Shown here piece after piece: positions 40,922 to 50,564 of a DNA stretch of 64,000 nucleotides; the stretch's first letter is position 1, and every line of letters starts with the position of its first letter. A model generated the notes under the pieces. That model saw only the letters and a list, made by a program, of their open reading frames with translations. It did no database searches and was not told where the DNA came from. The DNA comes from an uncultured Gammaproteobacteria bacterium (GTDB lineage: Bacteria > Patescibacteriota > Microgenomatia > Levybacterales > UBA12049), in assembly GCA_964507055.1 (NCBI GenBank), contig CAZDOJ010000001.1:977313-1041312 (forward strand), given 5' to 3'. The translations under genes and the position numbers were made by a program.

Positions 40922-41386
40922 TTCGTTCTCAAGCTTTTGCAGATCTTGATTAATTTCCTGGGCATGAATTACAGGATCAACATCTTTATAATGTTTTACT
41001 ATATTGCCCTCTGGATCGATAAGATACGTCTCGCGTTTTAATCCTGGCTTTCCCTGAAATTGTTCAGGATACCAGGCACCATATGCTTTACTTACTGTCC
41101 CCTCCTCATCTGATAATAATGGGAAGTTCAAATTATGCTTCTGAGCAAATGCTTGATGTGATGCAACAGAATCTAATGAAACACCCAGAATAATAACATT
41201 CTGTTTTTGCAATTCACTTAAAGCATCACGAAAAGCACATGCTTCAGTGGTACATCCGGGTGTATCGTCTTTTGGATAGAAGTAAAGCACAACCCATTTC
41301 CCTTGATAACCAGCTAATGTATGTTCTTCGCCGTTTTGATCAGGTAAGGAAAATTCTGGTGCTTTCTCGTGTATTTGCATGATCAC
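40916..41386 (-). CDS. bcp: thiol peroxidase Bcp (1-Cys/2-Cys peroxiredoxin)
   Basis: YFYPKDDTPGCTTEACAFRD, the peroxidatic Cys motif of the AhpC/TSA family. Confidence 0.85.
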   Translation of the reverse strand: MIMQIHEKAPEFSLPDQNGEEHTLAGYQGKWVVLYFYPKDDTPGCTTEACAFRDALSELQKQNVIILGVSLDSVASHQAFAQKHNLNFPLLSDEEGTVSKAYGAWYPEQFQGKPGLKRETYLIDPEGNIVKHYKDVDPVIHAQEINQDLQKLENEL

Positions 41387-41642
41387 ATACTACCACTAAA
41401 TGCCAAGGAAACTCAATCGTGATTCTCTGAAGGACCTATTGATGATCGTCGAACTGGTTTGTGCATATCTACAATTACACCTTGTCGTCCCAAACTAGCC
41501 CATGATGGTCTCCAATCAGGATGACCTACGTGAGCTGATTCTCTCTTATCTACAGCATTATTTGCCAGGGCTTCCCCACTTAGTATGCGTAACTCTTCTG
41601 CTGCTTGAGCAGCTGGCATGGATCCTTTCCGTTCCATAAAAA

Positions 41643-42170
41643 GTGTATTATGCCTATTTTTTTCTTGACTTTCAAGCCCATGCAACGCATACTCATTTTA
41701 TGTACTTTCCGAAAGTTTTTAGAGGTCTTTTTGATTTTGGATATCAACGCCGCGGCTTAGAAGTTCCGGTCTTTTATATCACATACCTCATTGGCTCTAT
41801 CATGGCAGGAGCTGTGGTTGGGACAATCGTGTCAGCAATTGCGAGAAGTGACAATGTCCGCATAGCATGGAGTATTGATTACCTCACGGCAAGTATTGTC
41901 TTTCTTATAGTATCCCACATGATAATTTTAAAAAAGGGTTTAGCAGACAATATAAAGATCATTTGGATCCTCCCAATAGTAGCTGCTGCTCTTACCCTTT
42001 TAGCGGGTGGACATCTAACCGGTCTCATAATACCTACTATACTGAGTGCTATGGCAAACAAACATATAACCCAATCTCCATTGAAGTCCGATCCAGAAAA
42101 TGCTAAAACGGAGAACAAGAAAGAAGCTCAAACAAACCAAGAATCTGATCCAAATCAACAAGCAGCATAG
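41643..42170 (+). CDS. small membrane protein with C-terminal hydrophilic tail (paralog of the ORF at 40544..40921)
   Basis: See paralog. 175 aa. Confidence 0.4.
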   Translation: MYYAYFFLDFQAHATHTHFMYFPKVFRGLFDFGYQRRGLEVPVFYITYLIGSIMAGAVVGTIVSAIARSDNVRIAWSIDYLTASIVFLIVSHMIILKKGLADNIKIIWILPIVAAALTLLAGGHLTGLIIPTILSAMANKHITQSPLKSDPENAKTENKKEAQTNQESDPNQQAA

Positions 42171-42208
42171 AGGAATTAGCATAGGAAAAAGCTTCCAAAT
42201 CTGATATA

Positions 42209-43291
42209 TTGATTGCACACTCCTTCTCTATGAATACTCAGTCTTCATCATCCAAATTTACCTTTATTGATTTATTTGCAGGGATTGGAGGTTTCAGACT
42301 CGCTTTAGAAAAATATGGTGGAGAATGTGTATTTAGTTCTGAATGGGACAAAAAATCTCAGGAAACATACGCTGCAAACTTTAAAGAAATTCCCCATGGC
42401 GATATTACAAAAATTAAGGAGAAAGATATACCAGCTCATGACATTTTATGTGCAGGATTTCCATGTCAAGCTTTTAGTATCTCTGGAAAAAGGTTAGGAT
42501 TTAATGATACACGAGGAACTCTTTTTTTTGATATTGCTAGAATAACCAAGCTTCATACTCCCAAAATACTTTTTCTAGAAAATGTCAAAAACTTCACAAA
42601 ACATGATGGTGGAAAAACATTGACAGTAGTTTTGCATACCCTTAAAGAACTCAATTACACGCCTTTTTATAAAGTCCTCAGATCTAGCGATTATAATGTG
42701 CCACAAGCAAGAGAGCGGGTATATATCGTTGCTTTTCGAAATGATCTTAAGGTTGAAGAGTTTCATTTTCCAAACCCATCTAAGAGTATCAACGTAGTTA
42801 AGGATATTCTTGAACCTGCGAATAAAGTAGCAATGGAAAATTATATTCTCCGCAAAGATATCAATATGTATGGACTGGATAAAATTTCTACAGATAAACG
42901 AAAACCCCTCCAGATAGGAAAGATTAGCAAAGGTGGACAAGGAGAAAGGATTTATTCTATAGACGCAGCGGGAATAACACTATCAGCATATGGTGGTGGG
43001 GCAGCAAGTAAAACTGGAGCTTATTGGGTGAATGAAAAAGTGAGAAAACTAACCCCCCGAGAATGTGCAAGATTGCAAGGATTTCCTGAATCCTATATAA
43101 TTCACGGCACGAGGAATGTAGCTTATAGACAATTTGGCGATAGTGTTTCGGTTCCAGTCCTTGAGGCAATTTTTAATAAAATTATAGCTACTTGTCCGAC
43201 AATTCTTCATGACAATGCAAAAAAGAATGTGAAGAAAAATATAATCGTGCAAGCACATCAATTAATCATAAATACATCAAATGCATACTAA
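42209..43291 (+). CDS. DNA (cytosine-5)-methyltransferase, HpaII-like (CCGG-type candidate)
   Basis: Motif I FIDLFAGIGGF. Motif IV GFPCQAFSISGKR. Motif VI ENVKNF. Motif VIII QARERVYIV. Motif X RLQGFPESY. Overall layout as I recall for M.HpaII-like enzymes. Confidence 0.85.
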   Translation: MIAHSFSMNTQSSSSKFTFIDLFAGIGGFRLALEKYGGECVFSSEWDKKSQETYAANFKEIPHGDITKIKEKDIPAHDILCAGFPCQAFSISGKRLGFNDTRGTLFFDIARITKLHTPKILFLENVKNFTKHDGGKTLTVVLHTLKELNYTPFYKVLRSSDYNVPQARERVYIVAFRNDLKVEEFHFPNPSKSINVVKDILEPANKVAMENYILRKDINMYGLDKISTDKRKPLQIGKISKGGQGERIYSIDAAGITLSAYGGGAASKTGAYWVNEKVRKLTPRECARLQGFPESYIIHGTRNVAYRQFGDSVSVPVLEAIFNKIIATCPTILHDNAKKNVKKNIIVQAHQLIINTSNAY

Positions 43292-44048
43292 TCTTACTGA
43301 GCTTATACAACGAGGATCTTCAACAGCAAAAGCTGGTTTTCAAAATGAAAAAGATATCATTAAAAAATTCAATAATTGGAAAGGAGATAAAGATGCACAA
43401 GAATGGTTAGGAATAATGGCATATCCGATTGAGAACATTGAAAAGATTGAAGCTCTGCAGGTTAAAGGTTCACATAAAGCAGATATCCAGATAAAAATTA
43501 CAGTCCGTTCTAACGAAACTCGTATAGCAGAGAATATTTCTATAAAGTTAGCAAGTAACCCTCAAGGTTTCAATCAAATAGATAAAAGGAGAATAGATAA
43601 ATATGTTAAATTATGGGCAATCCCTCAAAACGTGTCAAATCCATTAAGGCTATTTACCGGAGAGACTATGCCTACCTGTAAAAATACCAAAGATCCTCGA
43701 AGAATGTTTCTAAATGAACTTGACGCAGAATCGCAAACTTCCTTAATGAAATTTTTTGATGAAAACAAAACGATGATTATAAGTGATCTCTTTAAAGGCA
43801 GAGATGAATTTTCTGCTTCTTGGATGATAATTTATCAAAAACACGTGAAGATATGGACTTTGCTCCCTATTGCTGTCGTCATAAAATACTATGCTTCAGG
43901 TGACGTTCGGATCACAAAACAAGGAGGGCTAAAGATAGGACGAGTAGGGATGCAACGAAAAGGTGGAGATCAAGGGAGAGAGAGTGCTAAAATGCTTCAG
44001 TTTAAATTTAATCCTTGTGAAATTGTAAACAATAGCTTGTCTCAATAA
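43281..44048 (+). CDS. putative type II restriction endonuclease partnered with the C5-MTase
   Basis: Overlaps the MTase stop by 11 nt. 255 aa and K/D/E-rich. No generic motif recognised; assignment is by context only. Confidence 0.45.
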   Translation: MHTNLTELIQRGSSTAKAGFQNEKDIIKKFNNWKGDKDAQEWLGIMAYPIENIEKIEALQVKGSHKADIQIKITVRSNETRIAENISIKLASNPQGFNQIDKRRIDKYVKLWAIPQNVSNPLRLFTGETMPTCKNTKDPRRMFLNELDAESQTSLMKFFDENKTMIISDLFKGRDEFSASWMIIYQKHVKIWTLLPIAVVIKYYASGDVRITKQGGLKIGRVGMQRKGGDQGRESAKMLQFKFNPCEIVNNSLSQ

Positions 44049-44079
44049 AAGTAACTATGCATGAATCTCTCATTAAATT

Positions 44080-44712
44080 ATGATTAAACTATTTTTTGAC
44101 ATAGAAACTATTCCCTCTGCTGATGAACATAAGGAAACTCATTTAGAGATTTTACGCAAGAAACATGCAGGGAAAGAAGATGATGAACTACATCGTGGGA
44201 CATCTTTTGAAGGGACATTTGGTAGGATCTGTTGCATTGGGGTTATCAAGGAAGGACCAGATGGCGTGATACAAAAAGAAGTTTTCTCAGGTACAGAAAA
44301 AGAGATTCTAGAGAAATTCTGGGAAGCGGGAATTGGTGTACATAGGTTTGTAGGACATAACATTTGGGCTTTTGATCTCCCCTTTATTTACAAACGATCT
44401 ATCATTAACGGAGTCAAACCATTGAAGCTCAACCTTGCACGGTACCGCGATGTACCGATCTTCGATACGATGCTCCAATGGGAACTTTGGAATATGCAAA
44501 AGACACAAAAACTCGATACACTTGCCAAAATATTTGACTTGCCAACAAGTAAAGATGAGATGGATGGATCTATGGTCTGGGATTATTACCAAGCGGGTCG
44601 TCTTGAAGATATCTGCAAGTATTGCATGAAAGATGTAGAACTTACTCGCAAAGTCTACTATAAAATGGCATACGATGATATGCCTTCTTCAAAAGAAGCT
44701 CTCTCTTTCTAA
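44080..44712 (+). CDS. DEDDy-type 3'-5' exonuclease (RNase H-like fold)
   Basis: Exo I FFDIETIP. Exo II FVGHNIWAFDLPFI. Exo III YCMKDVE (Y-x3-D). Confidence 0.65.
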   Translation: MIKLFFDIETIPSADEHKETHLEILRKKHAGKEDDELHRGTSFEGTFGRICCIGVIKEGPDGVIQKEVFSGTEKEILEKFWEAGIGVHRFVGHNIWAFDLPFIYKRSIINGVKPLKLNLARYRDVPIFDTMLQWELWNMQKTQKLDTLAKIFDLPTSKDEMDGSMVWDYYQAGRLEDICKYCMKDVELTRKVYYKMAYDDMPSSKEALSF

Positions 44713-45197
44713 TTTTGACAATGAAGTGGAGCACCATCACATGCTATACCGTCACCATCGCCATCCCTTGCAGAACATCCGCAGCTATTTAGTTGATATT
44801 GTGCTTCAGCACAACTCGTCATCCGTGTACAAGTGAGACTACAATTACAGCTTCCTCCAGGGTTACCAACGGTTGGTGCAACATATATCTTTGTTGGTGC
44901 TGTATAAACTTTTGTGGGAAGGCTTGTGGGGACTCTCGGCCGAACAGTTGGAATTGAGGTGGATGTTACCGCTAGAGTTGGATTATTTGTAGGATCATCC
45001 TGTATAGTTTTCTCTGTAGGAACTTGCGTTACCTCCATGACTGGGGATGCAATCTCTGCATCTTGATTGCCAGAAGTATCCATAGCCGAACCCATGACCA
45101 TACCACTTATAAGGAGTGCTGGAACAAAGAATAGCTTTGATTTATACCATTTTTTAGATTTTTGCTCATCCATAAATTGTGACTCAGTATATGGCAT
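44709..45197 (-). CDS. secreted Excalibur (Ca-binding) domain protein
   Basis: Signal anchor, P/T-rich linker, and a C-terminal Cys-rich region with RDGDGDGIACDG (Excalibur DxDxDGxxCE motif). Confidence 0.6.
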   Translation of the reverse strand: MPYTESQFMDEQKSKKWYKSKLFFVPALLISGMVMGSAMDTSGNQDAEIASPVMEVTQVPTEKTIQDDPTNNPTLAVTSTSIPTVRPRVPTSLPTKVYTAPTKIYVAPTVGNPGGSCNCSLTCTRMTSCAEAQYQLNSCGCSARDGDGDGIACDGAPLHCQN

Positions 45198-45294
45198 TGT
45201 TATTAAATCTATATTAAATAATTCTCAATTTCTTGAGAACTATAGACTACGAATCTTACTTGAAAACTTTCTTCAGCATTGCCATACTGAATAT

Positions 45295-45711
45295 ATGGCA
45301 AGGATTGAAAAAGATGAACTTCTCGAAGAAAAGCGGATGATGATACGCCTAGAAGCTGCGGGATATAGAGACTACAATAAAACACTCCTTCTTATTTCAG
45401 CTGGTGCATTTGTTCTCTCGTTCTTCATCCTTGATAGGATGTCTAATCCTAACTTTATGCTTTTTCTCGTCTATACATGGCTTTTCTGGACAGTCGCCCT
45501 TCTCATGCAACTTGGAGCACTCAGTATGTATCCAAAAGCTATTCGAGAAGAATTAACGGCACTACACGAAGGACCTAAGGAAAAAGAAGGATCAAAATTT
45601 AATCAACCATACTTTGTTATGAGCAAGATGGGATTGTTATCGACAGTATCACTCGGTTTGGGGATATTCTTTTTTATCGTCTTCGTATTATATAACCTCA
45701 ATTGCTTCTAA
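45295..45711 (+). CDS. hypothetical membrane protein
   Basis: The track ORF starts at 45067 but that start overlaps the convergent Excalibur gene. The internal ATG at 45295 (MARIEKD...) avoids the overlap. 3 TM helices. Confidence 0.35.
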   Translation: MARIEKDELLEEKRMMIRLEAAGYRDYNKTLLLISAGAFVLSFFILDRMSNPNFMLFLVYTWLFWTVALLMQLGALSMYPKAIREELTALHEGPKEKEGSKFNQPYFVMSKMGLLSTVSLGLGIFFFIVFVLYNLNCF

Positions 45712-46284
45712 TTATTTCTGCGGAGCGTTACTTGAACGAAGAAAATTCTTTGCCCAGCTTACAGTGCTAACTAATATACTTGTTCTGTGAGGATTTTCCC
45801 CTTTCACGATATTCTTATATCCAGCTGCAAGTACAGCTTCCCTTTCCGTCATTTTTTCAACGTGATCTCCAGGATTTGGAAAGAAGGGAAGAACCTTCCC
45901 GCTATTTCCATTTACAGAACCTTTCTCTGGAGCTGTTGAAAGAGTAACACCAACTATTTCTTCTCCAATACGAGAATATGTGACATCAAACCCTTCACCA
46001 TCTCCATGCATATGGAATTTTAAAGAAACTGGATCGTCATTACCAGTAAAACCCAAGTCCTTAAATACCTTACTTATTGGCAAGGGAGCATAGTGTATAT
46101 CTTCAGATGTGGGCATCAATGTAACTTCGCTGACACCATGTGCATCACGCTCTGTGACCATCACTTTTTCTGAATCATACTCTGTGGGGTTTAAAGTTCG
46201 AAGGGATTGGACGTCTACAACAGCAGCAGCTAGCCGTTGTCGATCTAAGCGTATATCTGCGAGGTGTCCATGTTCTGCACTCAT
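45712..46284 (-). CDS. hypothetical protein
   Basis: 190 aa, no recognised motif. Confidence 0.4.
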   Translation of the reverse strand: MSAEHGHLADIRLDRQRLAAAVVDVQSLRTLNPTEYDSEKVMVTERDAHGVSEVTLMPTSEDIHYAPLPISKVFKDLGFTGNDDPVSLKFHMHGDGEGFDVTYSRIGEEIVGVTLSTAPEKGSVNGNSGKVLPFFPNPGDHVEKMTEREAVLAAGYKNIVKGENPHRTSILVSTVSWAKNFLRSSNAPQK

Positions 46285-46334
46285 TGAATTGATCAGATTA
46301 TATACAATATGATCTACTTACGCAAACCTGGCTA

Positions 46335-46889
46335 TTACTTAGCGGCAATATCCTCAATGGATTTTTTGCTTCGTGCAGAAAAATCATAATCATTCGCATC
46401 GTAGCCGTCCTGAACATGATCATCTTTATGCTTGATGAGAAGCCAGCTATTCTTCGGTCCCCAACCTTTTGTCTTTACCATAGCAAATGATCCTTGCATC
46501 TTTTTGCCATGCAAAACAAATTTGATCTCGCCTTTATCCATTCCCTCCATCATTACTTTTTCACCACGCTCTCGATCAGATATTTCTTCACGGACACCTT
46601 TACTTATTTCAATTTCCGGGATGTAATACCCTTCGTCCCAAATCATCACAGGACCAGCTCCATAATTACCTTCAGGGATAACGCCTTCAAAGTTACGATA
46701 ATCCATTTCATGATCAGTTGTGGGAAGTGCGAGTCGCTTAAAAGCACTGTCTAAAGTTGGTCCTTTGGCGATTGCCCATGAAGGCATGACACCGTTAATT
46801 TCCAAACGGAAATCATAATGAAGCGAAGTAGCTTTGTGCTTGTGGATGACAAATTTTAGTTTTTCTTCGGCCATAGAGCTATTATACAT
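46335..46889 (-). CDS. stand-alone DNA ligase D 3'-phosphoesterase (PE) domain protein
   Basis: FVIHKHKATSLHYDFRLEINGVMPSWAIAKGPTLD matches the LigD-PE signature (HxH...HYDFRLE...SWAVPKGPS). Confidence 0.8.
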   Translation of the reverse strand: MYNSSMAEEKLKFVIHKHKATSLHYDFRLEINGVMPSWAIAKGPTLDSAFKRLALPTTDHEMDYRNFEGVIPEGNYGAGPVMIWDEGYYIPEIEISKGVREEISDRERGEKVMMEGMDKGEIKFVLHGKKMQGSFAMVKTKGWGPKNSWLLIKHKDDHVQDGYDANDYDFSARSKKSIEDIAAK

Positions 46890-47159
46890 CAGAATTTATT
46901 TTTTAAAATCTAAACCTGAGGAGTACGCCAAAAAGACTAAATAAGAGCAATATCAAACTGGGGCTTGCATTATTAAACATCTTATAGTAGAATACCCTTT
47001 TGTTATGATTAACTACGAAGACCTGAGCGATCAGGAAAAATATATAGATTATCCAGAAGAATTCGTTGAAGAACTCCGAAACGAGTATCTTACTGGAAAC
47101 GAAGATGAAGCACTTAATCGTGCTGAAGAAGTTGGACTTGATATCCGAGATATCATCAG

Positions 47160-47921
47160 TTAAATCTTCATCCAACTCTTCACATCCTGGACACATCGGT
47201 CCATATCCCGTTTTATTTCAAAATTCCAGAATCGTATCACTTGCCATCCATTTTCTATCAGCCATAGATTTCGTGTAATATCGTGTGGCCAGATAAGCTC
47301 CTCATGATATCTGATACACCAATCAATATGCGTACTGCACCAACGATAGACTCGTTGCTTGTCTATAGAATCGAAGTTCACGTAAGATCGTTCGTGATCC
47401 ATCCAATCGATTTCTATTTCTGTATTTTCCCCCTTTTTTGCTAACTGACTGTCAATTGAACTCATTGCATCGGCACGTAAATGTTCATAGCCATCAACCT
47501 CAACATCATACTTTCGATCATTCTTCACGACTGCAATATCCAAATGATATACCTTTCTTTTTTTTGGATTCTCAATAGTGTAGTCGAGAGATGATTCTTT
47601 CTCAGAGAAAATCTTATGCTTCATAAGTTCTGTATAGAACTGCACTTCCAAGCCTTTTGCGGCCTCAAATCCAAACCCTTTTAATCGCCAGGTATGCTGA
47701 CCTTTTTCATCTTTATCACGAATGACAGAGGTATGGAGAGAACCATAGAGTAAACTATTTACTTGTTCCCGTTGTGACAAATCTAGCGATAATCGCTGCA
47801 AAATGCCTTTGGTTGATAGAGGACCATCCTTAAGTGATGCTAAAATTTTATCTTCAAGCGATTTTCCAAACATATGTGCATTGTAACAAAAACTGCTATA
47901 GTGAAAATATGCATAGACCAT
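47160..47921 (-). CDS. DUF559 (Vsr/Mrr-like PD-(D/E)XK) endonuclease-domain protein
   Basis: C-terminal ...VIRFWNFEI... is the DUF559 hallmark, with upstream D/E residues (DIAVV...EVDGYEH). The N-terminal 110 aa may be a wHTH. Confidence 0.55.
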   Translation of the reverse strand: MVYAYFHYSSFCYNAHMFGKSLEDKILASLKDGPLSTKGILQRLSLDLSQREQVNSLLYGSLHTSVIRDKDEKGQHTWRLKGFGFEAAKGLEVQFYTELMKHKIFSEKESSLDYTIENPKKRKVYHLDIAVVKNDRKYDVEVDGYEHLRADAMSSIDSQLAKKGENTEIEIDWMDHERSYVNFDSIDKQRVYRWCSTHIDWCIRYHEELIWPHDITRNLWLIENGWQVIRFWNFEIKRDMDRCVQDVKSWMKI

Positions 47922-48051
47922 TAAGCCCTATTACGGAAATGCTTATCAGGGAGATACGAGAAGTTCGTACACTTATTAAAGATATACAGGGAAAAATTGC
48001 AAATGTAGACTTAGAAGAAGAGCTAAAGAAGATAGAAAAGAACAAGTAAGC

Positions 48052-48879
48052 TTAAGGCAAAATATATAAATCCTGATTATATCCACCCACTCCGACAAAT
48101 TCTGCTTCCTTTTTTAGAATTGCTTCAAACGGACGACATGCAAAACACCCACCTTTAGGGCAAATATACTCTCCTTTCATTCGAGCATCTTTTACTTTCT
48201 TTGCGGTTTCCAAAACGATTGCATGTGCTTCTTCAAGCGATGGCAATTTTACTGAAATTGGATCATTATCACGATCCAGATACCAATAACTTCCTCGAGT
48301 TGCTTTGCGTTTCTGACAATTTGCAACAATGAGTGCATAAATCGGAAGCTGTAAAGATGCAGCTGATTCATCATTCTTACCTGTTTTGAAATCTATGATA
48401 TGGACGCTATCATCTTCAGGAAGATATTCGAGCCAATCGATTTTGCCGCACAAGATAATATTTTCTTCTTCAGAAATATAATAATTTGGTAATTCCTTTT
48501 GGATCTTAATTGCTTTATTCGAAAGTGGTCCAGGATTATCCATCACTCGTTGCAACATCTTTGCCCCTCGATCTTTCACATATGCTTCTTGTTCGGCATT
48601 ATTGAACCCTCCCATTTTGCCGGAGACTTTTGCCCAGGATCGTTCATAAGCATCGTGCAATGAGACATTAAATCGGTCTACAGCAGGTAAAAGAGACAGT
48701 GCTTCGAGCACTTCATGCACACTTTGTCCAAGTGCCAGAGAAGGATTAATAATATTTACTTTATGCCTTGTGTGTGGATCTTTGTACACATTACGAAGGT
48801 AATATAACCGAGGACAATTGATGAAATCTCCCATCGACGAATTACTTACCCAAACCGCTGAGAATTTATCTTGTGCCAT
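48052..48879 (-). CDS. Cas4-like PD-(D/E)XK nuclease (DUF83) with Fe-S Cys cluster
   Basis: N-terminal FINCPRLYYL (Cys1), IIDFKTGK (D...K), and C-terminal CPKGGCFAC (Cys2-4). Confidence 0.65.
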   Translation of the reverse strand: MAQDKFSAVWVSNSSMGDFINCPRLYYLRNVYKDPHTRHKVNIINPSLALGQSVHEVLEALSLLPAVDRFNVSLHDAYERSWAKVSGKMGGFNNAEQEAYVKDRGAKMLQRVMDNPGPLSNKAIKIQKELPNYYISEEENIILCGKIDWLEYLPEDDSVHIIDFKTGKNDESAASLQLPIYALIVANCQKRKATRGSYWYLDRDNDPISVKLPSLEEAHAIVLETAKKVKDARMKGEYICPKGGCFACRPFEAILKKEAEFVGVGGYNQDLYILP

Positions 48880-48968
48880 ACGAAGGTTATTATATACTTC
48901 TGATTTTTTAATTTCTACTCGGCTGAATCTTTACAAAACTTACAAAAATAAACTGCTATAATAGATAT

Positions 48969-49325
48969 ATGGCTGATGATCAGAAGCTCAAAATTGAAGA
49001 CATCAAAGTTGGGAACGGACAAGAAGTAAAAGACGGTGATCATGTCACTATCCACTACACGGGATGGCTTGAAGAGCCGCAAGGATCTGGAAAAATAGGA
49101 AAAAAGTTTGATAGCTCAGTAGATCGTGGCACTCCATTTGAAACTCCAATTGGCGTCGGATACGTAATCAAAGGTTGGGATTTAGGTGTTATCGGTATGA
49201 AAGTCGGTGGCAAAAGAAGACTCACTATCCCTCATGAATTAGGGTATGGCAAATATGGTGCTGGTGCAGATATTCCAGGTTTTGCAACGCTCATCTTTGA
49301 AGTCGAACTCCTCAATATTAAATAA
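48969..49325 (+). CDS. FKBP-type peptidyl-prolyl cis-trans isomerase (cytoplasmic paralog)
   Basis: HYTGWLE...KFDSSVDRGTPFETPIGVGYVIKGWDLGVIGMKVGGKRRLTIP, near-identical core to the ORF at 38897..39361. Confidence 0.85.
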   Translation: MADDQKLKIEDIKVGNGQEVKDGDHVTIHYTGWLEEPQGSGKIGKKFDSSVDRGTPFETPIGVGYVIKGWDLGVIGMKVGGKRRLTIPHELGYGKYGAGADIPGFATLIFEVELLNIK

Positions 49326-49329
49326 TCCT

Positions 49330-49620
49330 ATGGTGAAGTACAAACAACAAGTTGCCGATATGCTTTCCGCTCATGAAGATATCTTCAAAGAGTTTAAAAA
49401 ATTGCATGATAAATATGAAGAAGATCCTAAAAAATATCAGACAGAGTTCAATGAAAAAGGTTTAGAGATTCAGGCAATTCTTCGTCGATGGGAAAACAAT
49501 CTTTGCGGTAAATCAGAATCAGGAAAATATGGAAAATTCTCAAGTAACTTAGCAGACAAATTTCGAGAAGAAGTACGTGTCCACTTCCCGAAGATTGATA
49601 ATATCGGAATGCTCCACTAA
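49330..49620 (+). CDS. hypothetical protein
   Basis: The track ORF at 49246 overlaps the FKBP gene. The internal ATG at 49330 (MVKYKQQ...) begins right after the FKBP stop. 96 aa, helical and charged. Confidence 0.35.
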   Translation: MVKYKQQVADMLSAHEDIFKEFKKLHDKYEEDPKKYQTEFNEKGLEIQAILRRWENNLCGKSESGKYGKFSSNLADKFREEVRVHFPKIDNIGMLH

Positions 49621-49955
49621 CTATCTATTAAATAGTTTTCGTAATTCAAATTTCGTTTGTTCCAAGACCCTTTTCTTATTTGCAGGCAACGATCTTCCAG
49701 AACGGTTAATGTAAAAACTTAACATGTTCATTGCCGATTGAAAAGACTTGGATGGGTTTGGATTAGTAACAACAACAGAATGTTTGATAGAAGCCGCAAT
49801 CCGTTTGGGATTACTCCACGTAAGTACATTTGGTTTTTGATCTAGAGCATCAGTTACCATATGACTTTATTTATACCATCGGTGTATGAGAATTCTGTAA
49901 GATTTCATTAAATTGACTTTATGCTCCCTTTATGGAATGCTGAGTAAGATCAGCT

Positions 49956-50564
49956 ATGATTGTTTTACACCAAAATAAAGAACAACTTATTATCGGTGCC
50001 GATACGAGAAAGACTGCTGTACTTACATTTGTGGGATTTATTATCCTTGCATGGATCGTCTTTTCGCTGCTTACCTATTCACCATTTTTTCCCAAAGATC
50101 GAATTGTTCCAGTTGCGACTGGAGCAGTAACGATAATGTGTGTATGTATGGCATACTATTTCTATCGTGTATATGGAAATATCCGTTATACCTTTGATAA
50201 GAAGACAAAAATACTTTTGATATTTTCAGAAACATTATTAGGAACAAAGAGACAGGCTATTGATCTTTATCATATTCAAAGCATCGAAGAAAGAGATACA
50301 TCTACCTATGCATATCATGGACATATGTCCGGTGCAGCAGATGAGTATCACACAACAAAAAATGATAATTATTACACGACTATTGTTTTACATTTTTCTC
50401 GAAAAAGAGAACTCAATCTCGTCCCAAATGCAGCATATTTTTTCCTTCATCCTTTTAACCACCTTACAGATGAGATTGATCACGGACTCGGAAAAGTTAT
50501 CGCTGATTTCTTAGATGTACCATTAGTAAAACAGCAACTGAAGAGAAGTAATTTAGTTAAATAA
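49956..50564 (+). CDS. hypothetical membrane protein
   Basis: 2 TM helices followed by a soluble domain. Confidence 0.4.
   Translation: MIVLHQNKEQLIIGADTRKTAVLTFVGFIILAWIVFSLLTYSPFFPKDRIVPVATGAVTIMCVCMAYYFYRVYGNIRYTFDKKTKILLIFSETLLGTKRQAIDLYHIQSIEERDTSTYAYHGHMSGAADEYHTTKNDNYYTTIVLHFSRKRELNLVPNAAYFFLHPFNHLTDEIDHGLGKVIADFLDVPLVKQQLKRSNLVK

Noticed and set aside
45067-45294. Upstream extension of the 45067..45711 ORF
   Set aside because: It overlaps the convergent Excalibur gene by 130 nt. The internal start at 45295 is preferred.
49246-49329. Upstream extension of the 49246..49620 ORF
   Set aside because: It overlaps the FKBP coding sequence in another frame. An ATG at 49330 directly follows the FKBP stop.
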